64,000 nucleotides of DNA. Source: Somniosus microcephalus. Taxonomy: Eukaryota. The stretch lies in assembly GCA_052327205.1 (NCBI GenBank), contig CM126219.1, forward strand, positions 67,890,001-67,954,000. The letters are read 5' to 3'. The notes beneath the pieces were generated by a model. It did no database searches, was not told the DNA's origin, and saw only the letters and a list, made by a program, of their open reading frames with translations. Numbering within the stretch: the first letter of the stretch is position 1; each line of letters starts with the position of its first letter. Positions 12,222 to 25,880 of this stretch are shown in pieces. The position numbers were made by a program, and so were the translations under genes.

Positions 12222-12882
12222 TGTTGGACATTGTGGAGAGTTAAAGAATTAGCAGTCAAACTTCTTTGTATCATGGAGCAATAGACTTTACAATATAAAG
12301 AGGATGGCTTTGAAGTATCGTGAGAGGAATGCATAGCTTATCTTCTGATACAAGAAGTGCTTGTGTAAGGAGATAAGTGACAGTAATGACGTCAGCCATG
12401 AGTAATTAAAATGCAATTTTATGGGCTAGGGTAATAAACGTAGGTAGAGCTATCCATTGACTATAGTATAGAAAGATGACAGTTGATAAAGCCTGTTCTT
12501 CAAAGAGGTTGGGGACAGTTAGGTCAAGAAGTCTTGTTTAAGGGAAGTAGCTTTAGAGTAAACAATTACAACTGTTTACATGAATAGACTGTCTTCAAAG
12601 GATTCAGGAACAGATAGGTCATTAAGTCTTATCTATGATACATACCTTTGATATCGGCAAAATATATATATGGTGTATAAAGGAGCATGGTTTTCAACAG
12701 TTCTTCGGAGAACTCGAAAGATAGAACTTGCAGCCAAAAAGCCACTCTCCGATCTGGGTTGGGTTGATTGCTCATCCTAGGTATCAATAAAGTCTGTTCC
12801 GTTTACTTTACCATCAAGTGTCTCATGCTTACTCAAAACATGTTGTTTTGAACCATACAAGGAAGGAGGTTGACTGCTAACA
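12222..12882 (+). mobile_element. Solo LTR (661 bp; ERV- or Gypsy-type)
   Basis: tgttgg...ctaaca termini; 5-bp TSD ctccc at 12217-12221 and 12883-12887; TATA gtataaa near 12675; AATAAA near 12786; tgacgtca near 12388. Confidence 0.88.
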
Positions 12883-13764
12883 CTCCCCAATGTAGAGGAG
12901 ACCGCATTGAGCGCAGCAAATACAGTATATTAAATTGAAAGAAGTACAAATAAATCTCTGTTTCACCTGAAAGGAGTGTTTGGGGCCCTGGACGGTGGGA
13001 AGAGAAGAGATGAAAAGACAGATGTTGCATCTCCTGCATTTGCACGGGAAGGGGAGGGGGATTTGGGGCTGATTGAAGAGTGGTCCAGGGTGTCGCGGAG
13101 GGAATGGTTGCTTCTGAATGCTGAAAGCGGAGTGGCAGATGTATTTGGCATTGGCATTGCGCTGGAGGTGGGGGAAATGGTGGAGGGTGATCTGTTGCAT
13201 GTGAAGGCTGGTGTGGTGGAAGGCGAGGACAAGGGGAACCCTATCATGGTTCTCGGAGAGGTGTGAAGGGTTGAAGGTAGAAATGCGGGAAATGGGAAGG
13301 ACACAGTCGAGGCCCTGTCAACCACAGTGGAGGGGAATCCTCGGTTGACGATAAAGGAATATTTTAATACATTTTAAAAAGGAATGTATTTTAATATATA
13401 TATGTCGTCATGTGAAGATTAATCATTCTCTGTAGTTTGGAGATTTTTACTGTTAAAGTGAGAGAGTCTCCACAGGGCTTCTAACACTTGATAGAATGCA
13501 AAACTTTGGCCTTACTTTGGGTAGCACAGGTGAGATACAAAGTAAAGTATCCGACCCAGAGGTGTTCAAACTGGGGCCCCTGAAACCATTCTATTTAGGC
13601 TTATATTTCTTATACGCTGGTTTCTCTTGTTTTTGAATTTCGTGGATCTAAAGGTTTAGAAAGGGTTGTTCTTAGCAATATTGCCTCATTGCTGGGTGAA
13701 TCCTAAATCAGAACACCAAGGTGCATTAGTATCTGGAGGTTCAGATATATGCAACTTAATGGGA

Positions 13765-13850
13765 ACAAAAATAGAAAATGCTGAAAACACTCAGCAGGTC
13801 AGGCAGCATCTGTGGAGAGAACAGACAAGTTAACCAGTCAGGTGTGGAGC
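13765..13850 (-). mobile_element. Short Penelope pLTR remnant
   Basis: Similar to 9715-9795 (aaaatgctgaaaacactcagcaggtcaggcagcatctgtggagaga). Confidence 0.6.
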
Positions 13851-14782
13851 CTTTACTTTGTATTCAATCCATGCTGTACCTGATCTGGGAGTGCTGGACA
13901 CTAACACTGGGTGCCTGAAATGGAAAGTGTTCCATTCCCAAGCACTCTAATCACCTACCTTGATGAGCACAAAGAAAGCAGAGTAAATTATTACTGCATC
14001 TCCAATTTTCATTGAAATCAAATTAAACTGCAGAAAATGGACAGAATTTGAAAGTAAACCTAGATATGATGGTGATCCTATCTTGCATAGATCAAGACAT
14101 CAGCCTTCAGAAAAATGTGGCAAATTCATAGTGGGCCTTGAACCCACGACATTCTGGCTCAGCCAAACTGACAAAGAGACACTGCCTGAGAGACACTTTA
14201 GACTCTGGGTTTAAAACCACTGCAGCAGCCTCAAATGCAAGGAGCGGTACATACATTGCCTGAAGGCGACTGCAAACAACCAATAGTCGCTGTGATGGTT
14301 CCATAAGGGCTGCAGTGATTGATCTGGGCAAATGATAACAGCAAATATTGGCTAGCCATATACTGCACTGATAACTGTTATTGATAGAACTTTATATAAA
14401 AGAGAAATTAACCCCATCACAAAAAATAATCAGGACAATACTGGTGGGTATTCAGAAATGCTTATTAAGCTGTGGTCTTGATTTCAATCATACCATGGGT
14501 CAGGGTAGTAATACAAAGGCCATCAGGGCAGGTTCTTCCATTCTGCTCTCATCTACTTACCAGTGGCCATAGCAAAAGCAGCATTGAATGAAGGCTGGCA
14601 GCAGGTTGGCCAGTATATGGATCAGGGATACACAGGATGGGAAAGCATATAAAAATACCTAAAAACAGAAATTAGACTAAGCACATGGCAAATAAAGTGG
14701 GATATAAATAAATCCTACTTATTTTATACATCAGTCACAATAACTGCGATAGCGTAGAATGAAGTTTTCCCACTTTGTATCT

Positions 14783-17700
14783 ACATCGGATATACGGCAC
14801 AGAAACAGGCCATTCGGTCCAACCAGTCCATGCCGGCGTTTATGCTCCACACGAACTCCTCCCGTCTTTCCTCATCTAAATCTATCAGTGTAACCCTCTA
14901 TTCCCTTCGCCCTCATATGCTTGTCCAGCCTCCCCTTAAATGCATGTATACCATTCGCTTCAACCACTCCCTGTGGTAGCGAGTTCCACATTCTCACCAC
15001 TCTCTGGGTAAAGAAGTTTCTTCTGAATTCCCCATTGGATTTCTTGGTGATTATCTTATATTGATGGCCTCTAGTTATGCTCTTCCCCACAAGTGGAAAC
15101 ATTCTCTCTGTATCCACTCCATCAAAACCTTTCATAATTTTAAGATCTCTATTAGGTCACCCCTCAGCCTTCTTTTTCGAGAGAAGAGAGAGCCAGCCTG
15201 TTCGTCCTTTCCTGATAGGTATACCCTCACATTTCTGGTATCATCCTTGTAAATCTTCTCGGCACCCTCTCCAGTGCCTTTTTATAATACTACACCTTTT
15301 TCTAATGAATTATTAAATATGCGTAGTAATGCCTCTGCTATCTCTTCCCTAGATTCTTTTAAAATGCGTGGACACAATCCATCCAGACAAGGGGTTTAAT
15401 CTTTTTTGAGTTTGATTAGTTTATTTAACATGTCTCCTTTTTTTTAAATTTTAAATGCAGTTATCTCATGACTTATCGCATCATCCAACGTCATGTCCAC
15501 CTGTTCTGTCTCCCTGGTAAATACTGAAGCAAAATAATGTAATATTTCTGCCATCTCGCTATCATTACCTGTGGTATTATCCTGTCTATCCCTTAATAAC
15601 CCTATTCCCATCCCAACCTCCCTTTTTTTATTGCAGTGACTAAAAAATATTTTACTATTTTGTTTTATGTTCCTTGATAATTTAATTTCTTAGTTCCTCT
15701 TTGTCTCCCTAATTGTTTTTTATTACTTCTCTCCTAATCTTTTCATATTCTCCCTTATCATGCACTCCCCTGCTGTCTATGTACTTAATGTATGCCTCTT
15801 TCTTTACCCTCGATTGTTCCCTTATGGCTTTATTCATTCATGGAGTCTCATTATTGTTTAGTTTGTTCTTTCCTTTTAGCGGAATATATTTTTCCGGCAT
15901 GCTGTTGAACACATTTTAAAATGTTTTTGCTGTTCTATATCGTTGTTTAACAATATTGTTGCCCATTTCCACCACCCCCCCCAGTTCTATTCTCAGCCCC
16001 TCAAATTCAGCTGCTCTCCAATCTATTAACCTGGTTTTCCCCATACTTATGTCCTTTTCAATTATCATCTTAAAGCGTATTATATTATGGTCACTATTGC
16101 CTATATGTTCCCCTACTTTTACTTCTCTTATCTGCTCTGGTTCAGTCCCCATTACTAGATCCAATAGCGAATCCTCCCTTGTTGGGCTTTTCACATATTG
16201 GGTTAGAAAGGAGTCCTGTACACATTGTAGGAACTCTATTCCCTTATCCCCTTTACCTACCTTTGCTGCCCAATTAAGATCAGGGTAGTTGAAATCCCTC
16301 ATGATTATTATTCTATGTTTTTTACTCATTTCCCTAATCTGTCTGCATATTTCTTCCTCCACCTCCCTTCCACTATTAGGTGGTTTGCAGACTACGCCTA
16401 TTAGTGTGATTAATCCTTTATCTTTTATCCCTATCCATATGGATTCTATTTTTGTCTTGCTGATATCTCCGTCACTTTTTTCTACTACCATTATGTTATC
16501 CCTTAAGTGTACAGCTACTCCACCTCCCCTTTTTCCCTCCCTATCTTTTCTAAATATGTTATACCCTGCAATGTTTAATTTCTAGTCCTGATTTTTCTAT
16601 AGCCATGTCTCAATAATCCCTACTTTGTCTGGTTCCTCTAGCTCCCCTGTTTTATTACGGACACTGTGTGCATCGATGTACAGTTAAACTCATTTTTAAG
16701 AGCAGTTTCTTGCACTTTATTTTTAACCACCTTTTTACACTCCCATTCTATAACTCTATTTATTCCCTTGCCATCAATGTCCTCCTTTACTTTATTCTTT
16801 CCTATGCTCTCCTTTCCTGTTTTGTTTGTATTTAGGCTGGTTACGTTTCTTGTAGATCCCTCCCCCATCTTACTAGTTTAAAGCCTTTGCCACCTCCCTA
16901 TTTCCCCTTTCTGCTAGGACACGGGTCCCATCCTGGTTCAGGTGGAGCCCATCCCATCGGTACAGCTCCTTCCTGTCCCAGAACTGGTGCCAGTGTCCCA
17001 TGAAAAGGAACCCCTCTTTCCCACACCAGCCCTTTAGCCATGTGTTAATTCTCTTGATCTGTCGGCTTCTAATTCAATTTGCACGTGGCTCAGGCAATAA
17101 TCCAGAGATTATTACCCTCGAGGTACTGCTTTTTAATTTAGATCCTAACTCCCATAACTCCCAATACTCTTTCAGCAGGACCTCCTCCCTGTTCTATGTC
17201 GTTTGTTCCAAAATAGACCATGACAACTGGATTTACCCTCGCCCTTTCCAAGTTCCTCTCCAGCCGCCGTGAGATCTCCCTTACCCTGGCACCGGGTACG
17301 CAACACACCCTTCGGGATTCTCGTTCTTGGCTGCAGAGGATGCTATCTATTCCCCTAATTATATAGAGTCCCCTATCACTACCACATTTCTATTTGGCTC
17401 TTCCCCCCCGCCTTGGACAGCCTTCTGAGCCACGATGCCTTGGTCTGCATTGTGGCTGTCCTCCCTGCAGTATTTCTCCTTGTCTTCACAGGTAGCGAGT
17501 ACATTGTACTTGTTGGACAGGACCAGTGTCTGTGGGACCTCCTTCTCAACCTCTCCTAAATCCCTGCTACCTGGCTCCCGAACAATCATACCCTCCCCTT
17601 CCTGAACCTGTGCTTTCCTCTGGGGTGTGACTGTATTGTGGATAAAACTGTCCAGAAATTCCTCTCCCTTATGTGTCTCCAACTCGCACTCCAGCTCAAT

Positions 17701-18912
17701 GACTCTGAGCCAGAGAGATTCGAGATGGAGACATCTCCTGCAGACGGGACAGTCTCACCATCCACAAACTCCCACATATTGCAGTCCAGACACCCAACCT
17801 GCCCTGCCATATCTTCGTTTAACCTTATTTTATTTATTCAATTAGTTAAAGTCTTTATTCAATGATTATTTATAGTCATATTAATTAGTTTTAACTAGTT
17901 AAGTTATAAATTTAATACAGTATGTTATTATTTCCCACTCCTAGTTTAAACCACTGTCTTAGTTTAGAGAGAAAAAAAAACCTTAATACTCACCAACCAA
18001 TCACCTACCTGCTGTCCTGTGACGTCACACCTTGTTTTTTTTTTGGAAATCGTGGAAGGTTCAGCCGCCGCCGCCCCCGATTAGGACCGCGCTGTTCCTC
18101 CGCTCTCTCATGTTCCACCGCTCCCTCCGATTAGATCGGCGCTGTTCCTCCGCTCTCTCCTTTATGTCCCGCTGCCACCTCCGATTAGGTCGGCGCTGTT
18201 CCTCCGCTCTCTCCTTTACGTCCCGCTGCCTCCGATTAGGTCAGCGCTGTTCCTCCGCTCTCTCCTTTATGTCCCACCGCCGCTCCCTCCGATTAGATCA
18301 GCGCTGTTCCTCCGCTCCCTCCGATTAGATCCGCGCTGTTCCTCCGCTTTCTCCTTTATGTGCCACCGCCGCGCTCTCCGATTAGATCGGCGCTGTTCCT
18401 CCGCTTTCTCCTTTATGTCCCGCTGCCGCCTCCAATTAGATTGGCGCTGTTCCTCCGCTCTCTCCTTTATGTCCCACCGCTCCCTCCGATTAGGTCAGCG
18501 CTGTTCCTCCGCTCTCTCCTTTATGTCCCACCGCCGCTCCCTCCGATTAGATCAGCGCTGTTCCTCCGCTCCCTCCGATTAGATCCGCGCTGTTCCTCTG
18601 CTTTCTCCTTTATGTGCCACCGCCGCGCTCTCCGATTAGATCGGCGCTGTTCCTCCGCTTTCTCCTTTATGTCCCGCTGCCGCCTCCAATTAGATTGGCG
18701 CTGTTCCTCCGCTCTCTCCTTTATGTCCCACCGCTCCCTCCGATTAGGACCGCGCTGTTCCTCCGCTTTTCCTTTATGTCCCGCTGCCGCCTCCGATTCG
18801 GACCGCGCTGTTCCTCCGCTTTCTCCTTTATGTCCCGCTGCCGCCTCCAATTAGATCCGCGCTGTTCCTCCACTCTCTCCTTTATATCCCACTGCCGCTG
18901 CCTCCGATTAGG
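14783..18912 (-). mobile_element. CR1 LINE with 5' UTR, ORF1, APE and 3' end; most of RT missing (internal deletion or two abutting copies)
   Basis: ORF1 fragments MAGQVGCLDCNMWEF and NVVVIGDSI; APE fragments (IMRDFNYP, LDLV, GNSDHN); ORF2 C-terminus RRNFFTQRVVRMWNSLP (14872-15135). Confidence 0.8.
18065..18912. repeat. Minisatellite of ~54-bp monomers with a 254-bp higher-order duplication, at the CR1 5' end
   Basis: Unit ccgattagatcggcgctgttcctccgctctctcctttatgtcccgctgccgcct, roughly 16-17 full or partial copies; identical translated blocks begin at 18360 and 18614. Confidence 0.93.
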
Positions 18913-20020
18913 ATGAACATTCTGAGGTACCCAAACCCTGTACTGTTGAAGCAGAAGGCTGCTTGACAAAATCTCACCCAGCCAAGCACCCACCCTCCCA
19001 TTCACATCAACCTGTTTCCAGAATACCACTACTGGTGCTTTGGCTTCCTAGAGGGAAGTGTATGTAATCCTATGGAGATTCTGATCCAATTTCCACTCCA
19101 CAAGTCTGTGTTTATCCACTCCATGACACATCATGTTATAGAACTACTTTTTATTTTAATAAAGAGACATGTTTAGCAAGGTGAAGGATTTACCTAGTTT
19201 GGATATTTGCCACCTTGGTGATGAGGTACTAGATTCAGCTAAATCGTCACCTCTTTGCATAAACCACCTCATACCAGTACAGCTGAAACATCCCCAGTGA
19301 CATTTCATTCCCCTACTGTTCAGTTTGTATCAAGCTTGGGCAAGTGGAATCATAGGAACCAGGTTGTAGTCGGAAGAAGGTTATACAGAGGCAAAGAATA
19401 CAAAGTTCAGGCAGAGTTCTCTGACAGAGCAGTGCAGGGCTTGTGACACACATTCTACTTATTAAAACAAAATGAAATACAGCAAAGTCCAAATCCCCAA
19501 TTAGTCATGTAAAGCCTCATCTGGTGACTGACTGAAGCAGTACGAGAGCTCTCATTACTGCGAACGGTAACCAGGTTTTTTGTAGCAATCTGTTCAATTG
19601 TTTCTTAAAAGACATTTTTACAACCGTTCTTCTTTTCCCCTCTTCATAGCATGAATAAAAGGACAAAAACTGTAAGCATTGTATCACAGAATGGTCAACT
19701 CCAATTTTAATTGCCCCAGCCCAGCTGCTCCAGTTATTAAAATTGCTGCAATGCAGATGACATAAGGTATCACTTCATAAAAGGTATGAATTTAATTACA
19801 CTGAAACAAGCCGGATGAATTGGTTTGGGACACTAATACAGACAGAGTAACCTTTAATGCACTACTAAAATTAGAATCGATATTTAAAATGAAACTCAAT
19901 ATACATTCGTTTTTAGCATCCTGCTGGAGACGACATTAAATCATTCAAAAACATGTGATTCACCAGATTTTAATGACGCATGAAAAATGAGTTATTAAAT
20001 CAACGTGACTGTCAAGAGTG

Positions 20021-23000
20021 AACATAAGAAATAGGAGCAGGAGTTGGCCATTCAGCCCATCGAGCCTGCTCCACCATTCAATAAGATCGTGGCTGATCTT
20101 CTACCTCATCCCCATATCCCTTGATTCCCTTAATAGCCAAAAATCTATCGATCTCTGTCTTGAATATACTCAACGACTGAGCCTCCAGAGCCCTCTGGGG
20201 TAGAGGATTCCAAAAGATTCACCACCCTGAGTGAAGAAATTTCTCCTCATCTCAGTCCTAAATGGCTGACCCCTTATTCTTAGACTGTGACCCCTGGTTC
20301 CAGACTCCCCAGCCAGGGAAAACATCCTCCCTGCATCTACCCTGTCAAGTCCTGTAAGAATTTTGTATGTTTCAATGAGATCACCTCTCATTCTTCTAAA
20401 CTCTAGAGAATATATGCCTAGTCTACTCAATCTGTCCTCATAGGACAATCCCCCCATCCCAGGAACCAGTCTGGTGAACCTTCGTTGCACTCCCTCTATG
20501 GCAAGTATATCCTTCCTTAGGTAAGGAGACCAAAACTGTACACAATACTCCAGGTGTGGTCTTACCAGGGCTCTTTATAATTGCAGTCAGACATCTTTAC
20601 TCTTATACTCAAATCCTCTTGTAATAAAGGCCAACCTACCATTTGCTTTTTTACTTGCTTGCTGTACCTGCATGTTAACTTTCAGTGATTCGTGTACAAG
20701 GACACCCAGGTCCCTCTGAACACCAACATTTCCCAATCTCTCACCATTTAGAAAATACACGGCTTTTCTATTTTTCCTACCAAAGTGGATAACTTCACAT
20801 TTCTCCACATTATATTCCATTTGCCATGTTCTTGCCCACTCACTTAGCCTGTTTATATCCCCTTGAAGCCTCTTTGCATCCTCCTCACAACATACATTCC
20901 CACCCAGCTTTGTATCATCAGTAAACTTGGATATATTACATTTGGTCCCCTCATCCAAATCATTGATGTACATTGTGAATAGCTGAGGCCCAAGCACTGA
21001 TCCTTGCGGTACCCCACTAGTTACAGCCTGCCAACCTGAAAATTACCCATTTATTCCTACTCTCTATTTTCTTTCTGTTAACCAATCCTCAATCCATGCT
21101 AGTATATTACCCCCAGTTCTATGAACCCTAATTTTGTTTAATAACCTCTTGTGTGGCACCTTATCGAATGCCTTCTGACAATACAAATACACCACATCCA
21201 CTGGTTCCCCCTTATCTATTCTGCTAGTTACAACCTCAAAAAACTAACAGATTTGTCAAACATGATTTCCCTTTCATAAATCCGTGTTGACTCTGCCCAA
21301 TCCTATTATTATTTTCGAAGTGCCCTGTTACCACGTCCTTAATAATAGATTCTAGCATTTTCCCTACTACTGATGTCAGGCTAACTGGTCTGTAGTTCCC
21401 CATTTGCTCTCTCCCTCCTTTCTTAAAGAGCGGGGTTACATTTGCTACCTTCCAATCCACGGGAACCGTTCTAGAATCAATGGAATTTTGGAAGATAACA
21501 ACCAATGCATCCACTATCTCTATAGCCACCTCTTTCAAAACCTTAGGATGTAGGCCATCAGGTCCAGAGGATTGAACGGCTTTCAGTCCCATTAATTTCT
21601 CCAGTACTATTTTTTACTAATATCTTTCAGTTCCTCATTAGACCCTTGGTTCTCCACTATTTCCTGAAGGTTTTTTGCGTCTTCTTCCGTGAAGACAGAC
21701 ACAAAGTATTTGTTTAAATTCTCTGCCATTTCCTTATTCACCATTATAATTTCTCCTGTCTCAGCCTGTAAGGGACCCACATTTACTTTCGCTAATCTTT
21801 TTTACATACCTATAGAAGCTTTTACAATCTGTTATGTCTCTCACTAGTTTACTCTCATATTCTACTTTCCCTTTCCTTATCAATTTCTTGGTCCTCCTTT
21901 GCTGAATTCTAAAATCCTCCCAATCCTCAGGCTTACTGCTCTTTTTAGCAACATTATAAGCCTCTCCCTTTGATCTAATACTATCTTTAACTTCTCGTTA
22001 GCCACGGTTGGACCATTTTCCTGTGGGGTTTTTGTGCCTTAATTATATATTAATTCTTTGAATGCTAGCCATTGCTTGTCTACTGTCATACCTTTTAATG
22101 TAGTTTCCCAATATAACTTAGCCAACTCGCCCCTCATACCTATGTAGTTTGCTTTGTTTAGATTTAAGACTCTAGGTTCAGATTTAACTAATTCACTTTC
22201 AAACTTAATATAAAATTCTATCATATTATGGTCACTCTTCCCCAAGGGCCCCTTTACTACAAGGTTATTAATTACTATCTTGTATACATTCCATGAATTC
22301 GTCCTCCACACTATTACTGCAAATTTGGTTTGCCCAGTCTATATGTGTTTTAAAGTCCACCATGATTACTGTATTATCCTTGTTACATGCGCCTCTAATT
22401 TCCTGATTTATACTCTGCCCTACATTACAACTACTGTTTGGGGGCCTATAAACAACTCCCACCAATGTTTTCTGCCCCTTGCTGTTTCTTAGCTCCACCC
22501 AAACTGATTCTACTTGTTGATTTTCGGAGCCAAGATCCTTTTTCTCTACAGTCTTTATCCCATCCTTTATTATCAGGGCTACCCCTCAACCTTTTCCATT
22601 TTGCCTATCTCATCTAAAAGTTAAGTATCCTGGAATATTTAATTTCCAACCCTGGTCACTTTGCAACCTCGTCTCCATAAAGGCTATTTGATCAAACCTA
22701 TTAATTTCTATCTCTGCTATTAAATCATCTATTTTGTTGCGAATGCTTCTCGCAGATATAGTGCCTTTAGCTTTGATTTTTCTATTTTTCCCAGATGTCA
22801 CCGTAATCACTGATGGCCTATTATCTTTGTTACTTTCTGTCCCTTCCTGACCCACTCTGCTTATTTTTACCCAAAACTCTACTCTGCTCTAGAGCCTTGA
22901 CATTCCTCTTGCTGCTTTAAAATTTACTCTTTTCTGAATCCTCCCACCCCCCTTCATTAGTTTAAAGCCCTGTCTACTGCCCTAGTTATTCGATTAACAA

Positions 23001-23833
23001 GGACACTGGTTCCAGCCCAGTTTAAGTGGAGCCCGTACCAACAGAACAGCTCCCTCTTTCCCCAGTACAGGTGCCAGTGCCCCATGAAGCAAAACCCCTG
23101 CCTCCCACACCACTCAGCCACGCATTAAAACCTCTAATCTGCTTATCCCTATGCCAATTGGCGCGTGCTCAGGTAACAATCCAGAGATTATTACCTTTGA
23201 GGTTCTGCTTTTTAATTTGGACCCCAACCCCTCCCTCTCTCAGCAGAACCTCATTCCTCGTTCTACCTATGACGTTGGTTCCTACGTGGACCACGACAAC
23301 TGGATCCTCTCCTTCCTACTCTAAGTTTTTCTCCAGCCGCGAGATGTCGTCTTTAACCCTGGCACCGGGCAGGCAACACAACCTTCGGAACTCCCGGTCG
23401 TGGCTGCAGAGAATAGTATCTATCCCTCTGACTATACTGTCCCCTACAACTACATTCCCTTTCACTCCCCCCACTTGAATGATCTCCTGCACCATGGTGC
23501 CGTGGTCAGCTTGCTCATCCATCCTGCAGGCTTTTCCCTCATTCACACAGGCAACAAGAACCTCATACCCGTTGGATAAGGGCAAATGCCGAGGCTCCTC
23601 CAGCACTGCACCTGGGGTCCCCTTACCTGCCTGAGTTGTAGTCACACCCTCCTGTCCCTGACCACTAACCAGACCTGTACCACTACCTAACCTAAGGGGT
23701 GTGACTGCCTCCTGGATCAAAGTGTCCAGGTAACTCTCCCATCCCTAATGCCCCACAATGTTTTCACCTTAGACTCCAGCTCAAAAACTCTGAGCTGAAG
23801 TTCCTCAAGATGCAAGCACTTACTGCAAACGTT
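20021..23833 (-). mobile_element. CR1 LINE (HER1-like), 5'-truncated within ORF1, degenerate
   Basis: 3' tail (aacataagaa on the + strand) at 20021; ORF2 fragments (SKFTDDTK, NYRPVSLTSVVGK, GKSDHN); ORF1 SGNH-esterase GDSI (23316-23720). Confidence 0.95.
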
Positions 23834-24139
23834 GTCAACTCAAGATGGGCAGACACCTGCGATTCCACACATGGCGAGTTCCCAATCCCAGCCAGTGTCG
23901 GGAGGAGGTACTGAGAAGAGCACCATCACCCTGTGGGGGGGGGGGGGAGATGAGTGGCAACAGGGGACAAGGGGAAAGGATGGCAAGTCTCCAGGTCACT
24001 TGTGCACCTTGCTGTGATCTGCCAGCTAGCATAAGAGAGTGAAAGGGAGACAAAATACAAGGGGAAAAATGTCTTCAAATTAGTGTATCAGGATTGCTCC
24101 CATATCCCATCATTTCACGATAAATTTAAACTCGCACAA

Positions 24140-24262
24140 AAGCAAAATACTGTGCATGCTGGAAATCTGAAATAAAAACCCTTCTGATGAAAAGTCATCG
24201 ACCTGAAACGTTAACACCGTTTCTCGCTCCACAGACGCTGCCTGACTGGCTGAGTGTTTGAC
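24140..24262. mobile_element. Penelope pLTR remnant with a minimal hammerhead motif
   Basis: ctgatga-aaagtc-atc-gacct-gaaa-cgtt at 24184-24212 (+), joined to a short pLTR piece in the opposite orientation. Confidence 0.65.
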
Positions 24263-25589
24263 AAATTTAAATTCACTCCCGGTCCTACAAATGATCAGCT
24301 GGGGAGAGGATATCCAGTCAGTGCTCTGTGTTGGCAACATTAGAAACAGTGGGAAATTTTCATACCTTCACTATCTCTAACTAAATCATTAAAAAAAAAA
24401 CTTTCTTTTAGACAATATTCATGATTGTTGCAAATACAGAGGAAATGTTTCCACTGAACACCAATGATATCACATTATGGATGCACTTCAAATTCTGTGT
24501 GGCCAACAAGAGCTTGCCAAGTCACGGTGAAATGACAGTACAAAGAAAGCAGAACAAAGTACTGTACTTCCTAAACCAAAAAATATATACACATTTTGGT
24601 AAGAACAGAATGTAATTTTTGCACAGGACTTTTCTTAGGGAGACCAACTTTTTTCAGATTACTCTATTCTTCCCCTTTTATTGTACCAATTGTCATCGCT
24701 TCCCCTGAATGTGCTAACTCCAGGGTGCAGTCCTGTTCCAGAAGCACCCACTCCCACATCACATCCAGCTGCCCATTAATCATGTCTGAGCCTTGACAGT
24801 CTTTTCAATTGTGGGGGGGGGAGGGGTCATGTCCTCATCCCACATGCACATACATCCACATTCCAGCAGGGGTCACTGGATAGCAATCGAGTGTGGTAAT
24901 CTTGGCTGGTTTTCCCCTCTGGAACACAAATTACACTGACCCTAGTTGTAACAGCTCTACAGCTAATGCAACAAAGACCAGGATAAACCCTGCAACATTC
25001 CCGATCTGGACGGTTTAAATACTCACTGAATAAGTTCACTGAGCATCGGGGGAGTCGGATAACAAATCTTTAATTGACTGGTTTTGTTTGGGGTGAACCT
25101 TTTTGCTCCGCTATAAAAGGATGTCTGGATCACTTAAGGGAACAAACGCTATTTTTTTCCCCTGTGTCAGCATCATGCAGATCTGGTATAATCCCAGACA
25201 GCTCCCTCGAAATTGACCATACATGATGTCTGAATCCCAATCATGTTACATTTCCATCCCGACACCAGCTATGCTCATGTACCGAGAGTGTTCATTTGTA
25301 CTGAATTCCAGGTGTGGGTGCAAACCCATTAGGACCTGGGCCAGTCGCCAGTCATTTCACTTTGGACCATTATGGTTGGCAGAAGGAAGACACCCATCAG
25401 TCGGGGCTACATTCAAAATGAGGTTTTAAGAGGTGAGTTTTTAAAAATCCTCAGATGCTGCCCTAAGAAGCAACAATATAAAAACATATTAATGCACAGA
25501 ACCATCCAGTTCCTCAGCAGCAAGTCTATGGTCATTAGGACATTTTCCTCTGTACTAACAAGATGCATTTCAATCAATGGCAGGGTGAC

Positions 25590-25880
25590 AAACAACAACA
25601 ACAACTTGCATTTATATAGCACTTTTAACATCTCAAGGCACTTCACAAGAGCGTTATCAAAAATAATTCAACACCGAGTCTCTCAAGGAGATATCAGGAC
25701 AGATGACCAAAAGCTTGGCCCAAGAGATAGGTTTTAATGAGCATCTTAAAAGAGAGAGAGAGAGAGAGAAGTTTCGGGTAGGAATTCCAGAGCTTAGGGC
25801 CTAGGCAGCTGAAGGCACGGACAATGATGCAGTGCTTAAAACTGGGGAGTGCAAGAGGCCAGGACTGAACCAGTGGGTTG
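25590..25880 (-). mobile_element. L2-type LINE 3' fragment
   Basis: RAFSCLGPKLWNSYP...KTYL (ORF 25694-26110); (aac)n tail at 25590. Confidence 0.75.

Larger units (their letters stand above)
9688..13350 (-). mobile_element. Decayed Penelope-like element (RT C-terminus/GIY-YIG plus pLTR) interrupted by Vingi and a solo LTR
   Basis: Minus-frame fragments PLSAFRSNHSLRDTL, FPCKCRRCNIC, NLIYCICCAQCGLLYIGE (12833-13325); pLTR-type end at 9688-9800. Confidence 0.8.

Noticed and set aside
14107-14331. 74-aa protein-looking ORF as a host exon
   Set aside because: No recognised family, and part resembles a decayed SINE head (ctgagccagaatgtcgtgggttcaaggcccact); BLASTX would settle it
18065-18912. CRISPR-like array or repeat-protein ORFs
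   Set aside because: Units are contiguous with no unique spacers, there are no cas genes and the context is eukaryotic; the ORFs are by-products of a 54-bp period
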